This document shows positions 25,201-40,200 of a stretch of DNA of 64,000 bases, in pieces (the first letter of the stretch is position 1; the number at the start of each line of letters is the position of its first letter). The position numbers and the translations under genes are program-made. Below the pieces are notes generated by a model that saw only the letters and a program-made list of their open reading frames with translations, had not been told where the DNA came from and searched no databases. Source of the DNA: Tubiluchus corallicola (Eukaryota > Animalia > Priapulida); the NCBI GenBank assembly GCA_030141605.1, contig JAQGDQ010000174.1, forward strand, positions 186,001-250,000. Reading direction: 5' to 3'.

Positions 25201-28200
25201 CTAGCCACTCTAATGCCTAGACGCTAGGGGTGTGCATCGAACGTTTGAATTTGATTCAAACAAGTTTTTTAGTTCGAAGTTGATTCGAACCTAAAATTAT
25301 AGATTCGAATAGTTCAGCACGTCAGCCACATCAGTTCTTTTTTAAAATGTTTGAAACAGCATGCAATTAGCACAATTTAGCTCCAGTTTATAAGCAAAAT
25401 TTTTTTTTATCAAACTAATAGTGGTTTTACTGCACAACAAAATCAAGTAATATGCATGAGTTTTGTAAGACCAGTTTTTACTACTAATTCGAAAATCTTT
25501 CAAACTCAATTTGAATTGGATTCGAATTCGAAAGTCACAAATTCTATAAGATTCGAATTCGCTTTCTGGTAGAGAATGCTCACCCCTACTAGGCACTATA
25601 ATTAATCACTGCCGGGCTGGACTGCATGGTTATAGGTTTTTCCAAATACTGTAGCCATAGCTATGGTTCATTCCTACCTTACCTGTGAGAAATACTATTA
25701 TAACTGGCTAAAATGTACTTCAACTTGTTTTGTTTTTCGGTTATTCTGTTAAGTCTAGCAATAATCCATTTGTGGCTTATTAACTCCTTAAGGACCACAC
25801 CATTCAAAACAGGTCTTATAAGACTTATGACGTTTCTGCTACTGCATCGGCACAGACATAACTAAATGATTACAAATTAGATACTGTTCTATTCAGGAGA
25901 ATCTTGGCTATCCAATCATGCTATTTATTTAAGCATTTATGACTTAATTGGATAAAATGAAGCAAAACATGCCCTTTTCGGACACTCTAACTTATCCAAT
26001 TAAATATCTTTGTCTAGTGTACACTTGTGTGATCATACACACTAATTTATTGATCACCTGCTTGCTACAGCCCAAGCTGTGCAGTTTTCTGCTGCTATTC
26101 CAGGTAAAGCTAACTGATCAGTCAAGGACAAATTATCTTTTCAATTATCAAATTATCGTTTCATCTTTTAATATGAATTTCTCCTTAAAAAGTGGAGTAG
26201 ACTTAAGGCCAAAGTGTATCAAAGTGTTGTGTCTGGATGGTTGAAATTTTCTGCATTAGCCGATTTCATACATCAGTGTGATACTGTACATTGTTGCAGT
26301 GCAAATACTGCAGTTACTAAAAGCTTTTTTCAATTTTTTCATTAAAAATCAATCTTTGATTTGTCTAAGGCAAGCAAATGTATTACATGTATAATTTTGC
26401 ATGAAAATCCACTGTGTGAGGAGTAGAAACCTACAAAAGTTATTAACATAATCTCTGCTTAGTGAAAGCAGTTTGTGGCAAACAATGGTGTAACTTGTGA
26501 ACCAATTTGTGCAAGAATTTCCCAGAAAGTTGCACTTTCCAGGTTGGCAAGTATAGACAGCTAGTCATTAATTTCAATGGTAACAGCCTTGGAGTAGAAC
26601 AGCATCAGCCTGGGTGTAGCTTATCTTATCAGTTTAATTTACAAGCTTTTTGAAGCCACAAATTAGGCAGGCAGCAGCAAGTACACTTAATAAAGTGATA
26701 CATCATTATTATTACCACTATGATGTTATTTCAGAAGTAAGCTGAAGGGAAACCGTTTATCGTTTACAAAAATCAGTAAACATTTACAGGAACTAAAATA
26801 AATACTTGCATTTACATGTGTAAACTTGAAACACCTAATAAACATGCAGGAAAAAATGGTAAATAATTTTGATGTTGGTTTATAAATTGATCTTAATTTT
26901 TTTATTACTTTTACTGAACTAATTTAACAAAATGTATTTGTTTGCAGATTAGGTGGTCCAAAAATGGGCGTATTTTACCAGAATATGACATCAGTTATCG
27001 TATAGCACCATCTGGTTCTCTGCACATCAATTCAGTATCCGAATCGGATGCTGCTACGTACCTGTGTTCAGCCAGCAATGATGCAGGAGAAGCTAGCAGT
27101 AGCACAGAGCTAGTAGTACAAGGTTTGGGCAGTCAGCAGCTTATGTAATGACTATAGTATTCATTTACATGTTTTATATGAATGTCTTTTTTGATGCTTA
27201 AACATTATGGAATGCTGTTGAGAATCTTTAAAACTTACATTTACTCACATTAACCAGAAATATAATAATAATATAAATAATAATAATCTTTATTTAAAGT
27301 GGGCTTTTGGGGGTAGAGTTATCATTAACTCAAAAAGCTATTATCGCCGACTGTAAATAACAACTTACAACTACATAACAGAGACTATTATTACCCCACT
27401 AAATATCACACACCAGGCAGGGCAACAGCAGGTACCATTTTTAAAATCTTTGGTATTACCCGGCCATGGTATTGAACTCACGACCTCCTAGACGGAAAGT
27501 GGACACGTTATCAGTAGGCTGAACCATCTGGTTAATAACCTACATATATATGACACACTACTTTATTTTTGGACCGTCGAATACTACTAGATAAGTATGT
27601 AATTTACTAATAAGTCAGAAATAACGACATAATATTGATGAATACTACTGCTGTGTTTTCATAATTTGTTCTTATTTACTTCAACACCATCGCTGCCACT
27701 AGCCAGTAATCAGTCATCGTACAGATGGCTTTTTTAACAGAGGCGAAATGCACTGCTGCAGTTGAAAATCATTCTTAAAGTCAAGTACTTACTGTCTTTT
27801 AATAAATAAAATTAAATAACTATTTAATTTATTTAAACATTTTTTTGAAGAATTTGTTTATCATTGTTTTTATTCCTATTAAACATCATACAACCTTCAA
27901 AACGTGACCTAATTACGACATTACTATATTTAGCTCTGCTATGGCTTCTAAGAGATAAGCATTTGTATGTTTTTTGTTCACGTGTTTTAAATTCTGTTGA
28001 AATGTTTCTCATCACATTTATTTTATTTAGTCCCGCCTAAAGTGTTCGGTGGAGAAGATGGACCCGTTGAGCTGACAGTGGTAGAGGGACGATCTGCGGT
28101 CCTACCCTGCAGGGCTTCAGGAAGCCCACCTCCATCTATAACATGGCAGAAGAGTCGAGTGCCGCTTGAACCTAGAGAAGGTACTAGATTTATTTAAATA

Positions 28201-31200
28201 CTGTTAAATTCATTACTGTAGTTTACCACCACTTTCACATGAAGCTATAAACGCTGTCAAGATACAGCCGTGTATGTGAAATAAGTATTACAAGCCTTGG
28301 CAGCATGTTTTGAAAAAGTGCTGTAAATGTAGAAGTGTGCCTTTGATTATTTTAAAACGACTTCTCACTTTTGCACAAAGTGCATACTTTTACCAGCAGA
28401 ACTGGTACAATTTTAATGATTGGTAAGTATAATAATATACGAAAATGTGGACCATTAGTGGTTGAAAACATTTTTTGTCACATCGTGTATAATCAGTCTG
28501 TGGGTTAATCGTCTGTCATAGTTGCTGTGTTGCATTACTTGATGATTTGAAGTAATTAAAATCCCTCTAGTGATCACACTCAAACCAGCTTTACATTTCT
28601 AAGGCTAAATTGTTTATGGCTAAGGCGGAAGAAAGAGAAATTTTTCTAGTATACGAAGCTGTTACAATTATGAGTTAGCCTACAACTATTTTCTCTACAA
28701 AGTTAATAAAGCAAAGTAAAGTAAGTAAAGAAAGTGCAACAGAGTACTACGTTACCCTAGAAATAAGCAGAATGTATGCATACATTGTAGGTCCAATACT
28801 GAGTCCAAAAAGGTAAGCAAAAGTTACCCAGTTACAGCCTAATCGCAAGTTAAATTCCACTCAACGAAAACCGGCATACTCTACAAATCTGGCCTATATG
28901 TAAGATTGGAAAAAGTAGTCTAGCTCGTAATACTAGAGTCTAACATATATAACGTAATGCATATAATGTATATATATATATGTGGCTTGTAATGCGTATA
29001 CCACTAATTTGGAAAAATAATGACGCAAAACATTTGTACCTTCATCTTGAGACCTTGAAGCATCATGGATTTACCTGTTGTTGTACATGAGGTTTGCTTG
29101 TATTAGCTTAGTGCATAATCATGAATTAATCACAGCATTCCATATTTAAATTGTAGGTTATCAAGTGTTAGCCAATGGTGCATTACGCATAGATCAGTCG
29201 ACTGTGGGAGATAGTGGTACTTACATGTGTGTTGCGGAGAATGCTGCTGGGACGGCGATTAGTCAAGTACGACTTGAAGTCCAAAGTAAGGACATAAACT
29301 TGACAACAAATAAATAAATAATATTTATTATAATACTAATATAATTTTAATGATGTATAATAACTTATGTAAAAGTGGATAAGACAATTGAACTTAGAAA
29401 TTATGACTAAATGAAGTTAATGAAGAAGATACTTTGCTGTGTTATACAGTAGCATGTTTACTGCATGTCTTTTTTCATGTGTGTACATTCACATTAATGC
29501 CAAATTGTATATTACTGCACTTTCTGCATTTTCCTGAAGCATAAAAATGTTGCAGTATTGCAGTGTAATGGCAGTAATCTTTTCTTAAGCATCACTTGTA
29601 ATATTTTACTTGCCATTGGTTATGTTGCTTTTTTTGTTTGGTGTTTTTTAAAAGCTTTAAATAAACAAATAAATAAGTATTTACTTTAAGTAAATAAAGA
29701 TTATATATGTATATGTATATTACCTTCTATTTCTCTTTTAGTTGCTCCAGTGATAAAACCCGGACCGGATGAATACACAGTCGTTGAAGGGAGGGAAATT
29801 GTTCTTCAGTGTGATGTCACCGGAAATCCTGAACCTACTATTTCGTGGCTTCACAATGGAGAAGTCATTAACAGCCCGAGGTAAGTTGCCTGTTTGTGAT
29901 ATGATAATTAACATCACAAAACAATAGCTAAAGCTAACGCTTATGTATTAAGCTTTCCACAGTAAGCCTTTTCATAGTGTCGTTGTGTGCACACGCAATT
30001 GCTGCAGTTCAAAGGTTAAATGTACCAGAGCAATGCGTCTTAGCTACAACTGTCACGTGACATGTGGGTAAAGCAAAGCCCAGTTGAGTAACGTCAGTTG
30101 TTTTACATGGACTTTACTTAATTATACATTAGTCAATGTGAGATCTTGCTGGGGAACAAGAAAAAATGAATTTTTGCTTCTTGCCTTATTATACTGTAAT
30201 ACTACTTTACATTGGAATCGATTAATAAAATCGTTGTTATTTCTTTGCTAGATACAATGTTTTGCCTACTGGTTGGCTTCAGATAATGTTTTCAACACAC
30301 GAAGACTCGGGTCATTATCTCTGCAGAGCACAAAATGAAGCCGGCTTCGCCTCGCAAACGATGAAGCTGTCTGTTATTGGTAAGCAAGGACCTTCCCACT
30401 ATCTATGTTATCGTCGTTAAGTTTAATGTGATGCCTGCTCAGTGGAACATAATGTCAAGTTATGCAGTGGAATCTGTTGTGTTTTAGTTCCACCAACTAT
30501 AGATGCAAAAGAGAAACGGTACAGCGTGGCAGAGGGGCGAGCTATCACTCTACCATGCGAGGTCAGCGGTTATCCTCCTCCTCGCATTGCATGGCAGAAA
30601 GATGGTGAAACGTTGGATCAGAGAAGGGGAAGGGTTCGAGTCATTCCATCTGATGCACTCTATATAGAATCTGCTGAGGTGAATTCAAGATGTTTAATTA
30701 TATAACAGTGATTATTATCTAGCTTGAATTAGCACTTACTGTCATATTGCATTTAAATGTGTGTGCTTGCATAGCAGAATCGCCCATAAGTCAGCAATTA
30801 AGCTTTTCTAGTTATTCACATATCCCAAATCCCCATTTTATGAGAATCATTTTGATACCAAGTTTCATTACTGCATGCTGTTTTTAAGCTGAGATAATTC
30901 ACGTTGAAGTTGAAGTGCAGGCTACTCACTGAAAACATAACCTTGAGAAAATCACTATGAAAGTTAGCCATTGTTTTTGTCACGTTTCTACACTTAGGAT
31001 ACAGTATACAACTACGTTTGTATGTTTTTAGCCTTCAGATAGTGGCCGGTACATCTGCGTAGCTATAAACAATGCTGGTAGACAATATAAAGAGCTACGG
31101 CTAACTGTTTTTAGTAAGTAATTTTATTGTTTTCTTCTGCTAGTTTCTTAATCATTTGTAAAATAACTGATATCAATCGCTTTCATAGTGCATATCGATA

Positions 31201-34200
31201 CATAATTATCTAGTACGTTTGTAACATGCTTGATTCGCTTCATTTCCCAGATTGTACCACAGTTATTTATTGTTTTAGTTTAACATTATTAATTTGAATT
31301 GTAAAAATTGAATATGATTTGTAGGTTTCCCGGAGTTCGTTCAGACTCCTGAGGATCAGATTGTTAAGGAAAGGAATTCTGCCATATTGCGTTGTTCGGC
31401 TCGAGGATCACCAATACCTGTCTTAAGTTGGCTGCACAATAATACGGCAGTGGAAGGTATCTACAGCTACAACAACATTTGCATCTAGAGGCTGAAGCTG
31501 AGTCAGTTGCTACTACATCAGCTGACTCACACTCAGCTAGCTCAGAGAAAGTTGACTGACTTTTCAGCTGAGTTAGCTTGAAGAAAAAAAAGTCAGCTAA
31601 AGTTACTAATTTTTGTTAATTAAATAAATGACAAATTGTTAATTAACTATTAAGTTATTAAGACAATTTTTTTTAAATAATTTGTATTGCTTATAAAAAT
31701 TCAATTATTATCACAAATTCAAAGAATACATTAGAGATAATTTTTTTAATGTTAAAAAGCAATGGATTTATTGCAAATATAATTTAAATCTGACTCTTGG
31801 CAAGGTTTATCTTGATTATTGACGAATCAATACCAAAACACCAAAATGAATCCATACATGTGACTTACGTTGCCTATGCATGTATTTAATTTTGAATTTA
31901 CAGCTTTCTCGTTCAAAAATTTCGTACCTCTGCCAGCGCACGCACATTGTGACCTCGAATCCCCAATGTATTTGCTATATTTCCTCGCTTGTATGTGATT
32001 TGCACTGTTGCATGATTATCACAAGAGAGAAAATCTTTGCAGAGCTCGACTCCCATCACTGAGCGACTGGCGCGACTAAAGCTGGGTTTCTTATCAGATA
32101 GGTCAACTGTAGAAATAAACCGGCTGGAGCTCAGCTGAAATGGCGCAGCTCGGGCTGTATTTATATCAATATTGATTCACAGCAAGGGACATTATCACTT
32201 ATTCACTCTTGTTTTTAGCTCCAGCTTGGGATGCACAAGAATATAAAAACTGTATGAGATAACTGCAGTAACTTTATTGTACTTGTGTAGCAGCTGTGCT
32301 GTTTGAGTACAGTAGACGATGGCACATTTTAACCAATGGCACACCTGAATTACTTTTATACCCAGCGGCCAGGCACAGTTAACCGAATGAAATAACAACC
32401 AATCAAAAATGGTTTGAGCTGTTATGCCGTGGTTGTTTGGAACAACCGTACAACAAAAATTTTGTATGACTTTTGTGTTGTAAAATTGTGTATTACATTT
32501 TTAGCCAGTTAGAAATGTAGAATTTTTCTTAATATTGGACAACTAAAATTTCAGACCCCATTAACTTTTTTTTTAAATTTTTTTAACTTGTATTTCACAT
32601 TGTAAAAATATAAATTATTTTATATATTTAGTCGAAGCAAGATTAAATTTGTATTCTTTGTGGCAGCTTCGTTTGGTCAAGGTGGAAGGAGCGAACTGGT
32701 TATTAAACGTGTGACTCATAATGATGCTGGAGTTTACACCTGCATTGCATCTAATGATGCTGGCGAGCGAAGAACCACGGCTTATGTTACTGTCAAAGGT
32801 ATAGAATTACTTTCTAGAGCCAGTACTGCAATGCTTGAGTAACAGCTGTGGAGTTATTTATTTGCAATCTTAAAATCCAGATTATTATTAGTGATGATAC
32901 AAAGCCACAATTAATTCAATTTTGAAACCAAACGTGAAATGTGAAAGGTTAGAACACAACCAGGAATTGAAGCTGGTACCCTTTGCTTATAATACAGATG
33001 ACCATGATTGTTAGATTATCATGTTCCCCACAATCATGATAGTCCAAACTTCACTGCCAGTTAGCTCACCTTTTATAACTCACCAGTTGGCTCAGCATTT
33101 CTAGTGTCAATCGCTCGTGCTAAAGTGATTATAACTAATTGGATTAATTTTAATTTTTATTAATTTCGAGCCTGAAGTGCCCGTTGGTAATTAATTTTTC
33201 TTCCAGCTTCAGTTTTGAGTAAATAATTGAAGCTCGGTTTCGGATTCCCATTAATTGTGAATGTGTACCGTCACTTAGATGTCGTATTTATGATACGTGT
33301 GTTTAATTTTGTTACAGTTGTATCATTATCCTGTTATCATGTATGTGAAAGTGCTGTAGGATACATAACACTTGTATTTTGTTATTATACATGTGTGACG
33401 TGCCTTTTTCATATTCGTTTTCAGTACCACCATCAGTACATGTTGCATCAAGCAACATAGATGTATCGCATTCGGACAGGGTGGTTCTAAACTGTACTGC
33501 TTATGGTGATCCGGCTCCGACCGTGCTCTGGATAAAAGACGGCAAACCTGTTCAACTAAATAACAGGATACAGCAAACGCAGAATGGAGCTCTGATCATT
33601 TACGATACTAATGTAAGCAAAATCAGATTGTAGTTATCTCAATTTGTTTCTGTTACTAGATTGATGAAGTGGTAATTGTATCATACAGTCATTATAGAAG
33701 TTAATCTGTATATAGAGTTAAAACGAATTGTGCTAACCATAAAATAAAAAATTAGTACTTTCCGATTAAGATTTTACAATTAAGAAATAAGTTTTTTGTA
33801 AAAGCATCAGTCAGCTGAAAAAACATTTAAACTTAACAATGCCGACTGTTACTTTATACGCAACAACTTAGTATAATAAAATGAGGTTGAATATGTCATA
33901 AGTCAGAAATTTAGTTACTGGACCTCATCAGTATAATTGGTTCACATATTTTTTGGTAAATAAGTGTTCTAGGATTGATTCTAGTGGCAGTCAACAAAAT
34001 AGTATAGTAGCATTTTATTTAATAGTATAACAGCATTATATATAATAACGTAAATAAAATAATAATAGCATTTCCAGTTTTATAGGCCACTCAAAATTAA
34101 AAACAACGATCTATAATTAGCAACAGAATTAAGCAAATAGCAGAAAAAATATAATTAATATAATTAACATTGTCAGTCTCCACTGTTTATGTATAATTGC

Positions 34201-37200
34201 ACGTAAACTGTATGACTCTGTCATGCAAATCCAGCTTATCATTCTAGTAGCAACAGAAACAAGATGAGATAACGAAGCTGTAATTATATGTAATTTCTGT
34301 TTTAGGATAGAGATACTGGGGAATACAAATGTGTAGCAATGAATGATGCTGGGATGGCAGAGGGAGCATACCAAGTTACCGTGAAAGGTATTATACTTCA
34401 ATATGCATGAAATTTTTATTTTAAACTAAATTTTTACCTGAGAAATTACCGCAGTTTGTTTGATTTCTGACTACCGGTCCAAAAAACTGACTCCCATGGC
34501 TGTTCTGGAATTGTGTTTTGACAAAGATAGCTGACAGATTAGTGTTGCTTTTGCAATACTCTGATAGCTCTAATAAGAAAAAAAGAAATTTGAGGTTGGC
34601 AATGGAAATATTCTTAATATGTTAAGTATTGACTCCTACTAGTTTCACTTTTAGACTTGTATGCTTCTCACTGGGTTGACAATGTTATTGAAACAATCAG
34701 GTGTGATGGTAGAGGAATAAATTTATAAACTTACGAGTACATGCAATTGCACATGGATCATGAAGTATGTGAAACCCTCCGTTTTATTACAGTAGGCAAT
34801 ACCAAAATTGCTTGTTCTAATTACTAGAGTTATGGATGACAAAAAACTTTCTGCTCAAGTTATTGATCATAAAACAGCTTTGCGCTCCAGATTTAAAAAC
34901 TGTGAACATTTATCAAAGTTTTATGCGGGACCTTCATGAGGGCTTTGCTGTATTAGTGAATTGTAACAGATAGATTTGACCTTTATCTTGAGTATATCAC
35001 TTCTTTTTCGTATAAAGTGCAATTTTTTCTCTCTTACCAGTTGGGCCCATATTCGTAGAGCGCCCTACAAGTATGGTTGCTGATTATGGACAAGCTGTAA
35101 CATTGAACTGCATGGTCGAGGGTGTTCCAGAACCGACTGTATCCTGGAAACGTAATACAGAGGAACTTTCCTCGGGTGGAAGAATCAGCCTTCTTGGCAA
35201 TAACTCATTAGTCATTTACGGCGTAGAAGAAGAAGATAGTGACGTTTACATTTGTGTAGCTAGAAATGCCATGGGTACAGCCTTGGCAGAAGCTAGACTT
35301 ACTGTCAGAGGTACTGATGTTTTGTAATAGAAATTCTTCTCATTTATCTCTTAGATGACTTACTCTGTGTTGGTTGCATTAGTATCAAAATAATATTTCA
35401 TTTTATATATTAACACTTTCACTACGAAAGGTGACACACTACCACCTAAGGGACGGAAGGCGGCAGATCGCCACCTGAGCTCAGCACTAAGCGCATTTAC
35501 CCAGTTCTCTTTATTTCGCTGCTACGACCGTGCAAAAACATTGTAGAAAAGTTTGTCTGCTGTGGGATTGGGGTTGCGTCACAACAAGTAACGCTAACCA
35601 GCCAATCCGCGTCTGAAGCCGGGTGCATTCAATAATACTGTACTGGATAGTACGTTATCATGCAAAATCACTTGATGATGGTTGGTGAAACGTATGTTTA
35701 GTCGCTTGTTCTCCATTCTTATAAAATAATTGTGTATTATGGATTAGTAATATGACTTTTGTGAAAATTAAATTTGTATGTGCTTATTTGTGTGGGTGTG
35801 CACGTGCGTGCGTGCATGAGTGCATGTATGTGTGCATGAATGTGTACACATGTGTATAAATAAAACTAGTATTCAATATTAGTGTTTAATAATAAATGGC
35901 TATTTGTTTATGTACAAGATTTTGTTTTAGTAACACACCACAAGAAGTTATTGTCAAATTTCCAAAGCCAGTGCGGCCCTGTAAAAAGCAACTGTGTAGT
36001 GAATGGGTTAAATTGTTTTTCTTTAATTAAATTTTTAACCTAGCAAGTACCCCATATAATATGAAACATGACAGTGGTTAATTTTAGGTACCATATTACC
36101 TCCACTGCATGTACATTTATTTACCCACATTATAAGTATCAAATTGGAATTCATCTAATTTTATTAGATGAGCTTGCAGCCTCTTAGTCTCGGTATAAAG
36201 AAGGAGCCATTACTAACCAATCACGTTTTATGAAAATGACATGTTAGTCAAAGCAGTAAGAAAGATTTTTGTGCCAGCTTGCGTCTCTATACTATACAGT
36301 GCTTTCATTGTCAGGAACTGAAATTATTTTTTATCATTTCAATTTGTGGTTTTGTTACGTCACTGTTAGACATGTAAAAGATTTTAGTTCCGATGTATGT
36401 TTACCTAACTGTGTCAAGTGTTCAATTCTGACTTTTTGTTTGTGTGGCTGTATGAAGAAAACTTTTTAATACATGTATTAATTTTGATGGTCAGTGCAGT
36501 TATCTTCCATTAGCAGAGGTAGACGTGCATGAATTTTGGAAGCGAAATGTCAAAGGATATAGTCAGAAGAGCATGATTTTCAGTGAACAATCTGCAATGT
36601 GATGTCGTGTACTATATAGATACAGTCTGAAAGCTCATACTCAAGTGAAGTTAATTGATATGCATAAACAAACTATGATGTTTTGAGAGCTGGAAGTCAC
36701 ACAGCCAAGTCACTTCTTCTTCTTCCCAGCTTTTCCCTATGCGGGCTCGCCGTTGTGAATGAGTCTTCTCCACGCATTCCTGTTGTTGACCATCTCTTCA
36801 TTTATGTCTTCCCTTCCCACATGATCTTCACCGACTCTTCTTTTCAGGTGTCCATACCATCGCAATCTTGCGAGGCTTACACTACTTTTACTGCTCCTCT
36901 GATATTATTATTTCTAATTTTATCTCTTCTTGTTATTCCCACCATCCATCTCAACATCCTCATCTCCACCACACCCATTTTCTTCTCTTCGGTCTTCTTT
37001 AGAGAAGCTGCTTCCAGCCCATAGATTAGAGCGGGTCTGACCACTATCTTTGTGGACTTTACCTTTAAGTCTCACCGACTCATTCATAGAAGGTTTTGGC
37101 GCAGTTTTTACAGGCGGATGCCCTTCCTGACCCTAACCCTCCCTATTTATCCGGGCACTGAGTTGGGCTGGCTTGACCCCCCCTCCCCCCCAGTGGCTGG

Positions 37201-40200
37201 GTACACAGCCAAGTCCCTGCAAACATGAATTTGAAAAGTATGCGTAAATATATCACTTGAATGCTCACCACAAGGTAAATTAGACTAAGAGTAAACATCA
37301 TACTAAGGCTACCCCACACACATCGTGGCTTAGGCAAAACATTACATTAAGAAGTTCATGAGAGTGGTTGATTTTTGGGTTAGGTCTTTCATAATGTATA
37401 TAATGGAAACTCATAAGGAGGTGCTGTAAAATTAAGATCTTATAGTTAAATAGTGATGCTTTGGCAAGTTCAGTTAAAGAGTTTGGATGAAGAACATGTC
37501 TGAAAGCTAATGGCGGAAAAAATTGAGCTAATATGCTTAAATGTTCTTTGATGTTTTGGATGTGGTTAAGAAATACCATGAATAACTGGAGTGAATCTAT
37601 ATCCATTTATTCGAGATTTGAATTTAAGTCTTCCTGTTGAAATAGCCTCTTCAAGTGATCTTTGTCTTAATTCTGATTCTTTAAACAAAATTGAAAAAAA
37701 TTGTATAGAATTGTTTTGTAAAATTTCTAGTAAATGGAAAGTGGGCAGACTGGGCCCCGTGGAGTTACTGCAGTGCAACTTGTGGAACTGGAATCCAGTC
37801 ACGTGTACGAACTTGTTCAGATCCAGCTCCGTCTAATGGTGGTAGGCCATGCACCGGGCAGGCACAAGAAGTACGTGATTGTGTTGTCAGAGACTGCGCA
37901 GGTAACACTATAATAATTTTTTATTCAAAGTGAATAATTTCAATTTTGTAGTTAGTAATCACACTGATCTAGCACTGAGTAAAAGTTAGTTGTTGTCGTT
38001 GGTGTATAATAGCATTTTCATAACATCAGTTCTACAGTCAAGACATTGCTTTTACAAAGCATTGTAAGCAATAAACATATTTTTCATCAGTGCAGTATTT
38101 TTCATCATGTTGTTGATTATTATGTAGTTTTTTTTACTACAAATGACCGAGTTACCAAAAAGTTCTCGTTCAATATGGATTCAATTAAAGTGCAAGGCCA
38201 GCACTATTTTCAAAATTAAAAAATATTTATTGTGAAAAGTGGAATTAAACAAGTCTTAATTTTGTTAGTAGAGTATATGTAAAAAACATGTTTTATAGTT
38301 ATTTGTTTTTTGTTAGTTTAAAATAGAAATACAAATTTGTTCTTTGTAACAATGTCCGACTCCCATTTTTGATTATTTGCAGTTGAAATGTCATAATTTA
38401 TTTCATTTTTTTCGTTTTTGAAACCAGTGGTTTGAACTCATATAGAATAGTACAACATGAACTTGTAATAGAATAGTAGGCATACTTACATTTCCTGCTC
38501 ATATTTTTATTACACGTGATAGGTCTACAAATTGTTACTTTTACTATAATTTTTTGCTGATATATAAGTATACTGTATGTATACTTTTCTAGTATTCTTT
38601 TTAAATTATTGTATATAACTGTTAGTAATGCAAATGTGAATAAAATGTCATAGAGGCTGATTGCACGTGATGTATATAGTGATTTGTATTATTAATTGAC
38701 GTAGAATGCTATATCTTTTATATTATGCCTTTTTACCACTGTTTTATATGAAAGAAATTCTGAAATAAACCTTTAAATTCAATTCAAATTCAATTTACTA
38801 CTGTTTGTCTCCTACCAATTTTGACTTAGTTAATTTTGATTTTGATTTTGACCAATTTTGTTAGTTGATGGACAATGGTCAAATTGGCAGCCATGGTCAG
38901 CTTGTACAGCTACTTGTGGGCGGGGGTACAGAACACGTCAACGGAAGTGCGACGATCCACCTCCTCAGCACAGTGGTAGAAATTGTCAGGGGATCAGTTT
39001 TGAGAGGGAACCGTGTTATATGGCCCAGTGCTCAGGTACCTCAAAATGGTTTTCAGTGTTTTTCAATGATATGAAATGCAGTGTGCATAAGGATATGCAG
39101 ATCAATCCAAAGTGGAGCCTTGATAAATTAAGAAATAAGAGAAATGCGTCAAATGAAATGTGTTCTGTAATGAGATAACAAAAAGAATGTGTATACCGCT
39201 GTATCAAAAATTTAGTTTAATTAAATGCTTACCACTAGAATACTAGGTGTACTGTGAAAGAAGAAGGTTCTAGATGAAAATTGTGATTGAACCATATTTT
39301 TCCAGTGTAATGTCTTTTGATAGAGAGAGAGGGAGAGAGAGAGAGAAAGATGGGGGGACAGGGAGGGAGGAGAGAGAACTGGGAATTGTTGCAAAGCATC
39401 CTTGACACCATCATCCTGGGTTAGAAGCCGAGTGGTTTAGACTTCGAACTGCAAATATCCAGTTTTGAGTTTGAGTCAGGACATAATACTCTACTTCATA
39501 TTCATTATTCATATGTTGCATCCATACCCGTATTGTTGTAAATGTAAGTCTCAAAACAGCCGTTAGTGCTATTATTTTCTGTTAAACAAGCAATGGTGAA
39601 TGTCTTTGTCTTTGACATTGTTTGTAAGAACTTTTGCTGTTATCTTGGTTCTTCCTAAGTGTTCTTATAATAAATATAAATATAATAAATATTTTGTTTG
39701 TAACTTGCATATGTAACCTTTTGTTAGTTTTGTATGCCAGTGGTATCTGATTTGCAATTTATCTCAGTTGATGGTAATTGGGGATCATGGTTGCCATGGG
39801 GTGAGTGCAGTGTTACCTGTGGAGCTGGGAGGCAAGCCAGGTATCGGTACTGTGATAGTCCATCTCCTAGCTACGGAGGCAAGCAATGCGAAGGCGATGA
39901 CGCAATGACTAGATCTTGCACTGCGGGAGATTGTTCTGGTAAGTTTGCAAGTACCTGCAAATTCTTTGAGCTATATTCCACTCTGCTGTTGTTGGCTTCT
40001 GTGCATAAATTCACTTCATCAAGTGAAGCCATTTTTGGCAATTACATCTATATATTCGAATGGGCACCTGACATTAATCACTTGACAAATAAATATGAAA
40101 CTGAGTTGTTTTTATGATCAGTCTTCTAACATTGTATTTCTCTGTCTACAGTACATGTTGTGACAATTCATAAACTGCAACATCATTGTTAGTATGCTAA

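Noticed and set aside
27470-27520. tRNA-like A/B boxes (also ~19850-19903)
   Set aside because: No intact cloverleaf; followed by a SINE core, so called SINE rather than tRNA.
31486-32225. Possible hAT-like element rich in CAGCTG/GCTGAG motifs
   Set aside because: No clear matching right TIR or target-site duplication.
36683-37024. 113-aa plus-strand ORF
   Set aside because: Antisense shadow of the RTE LINE fragment.
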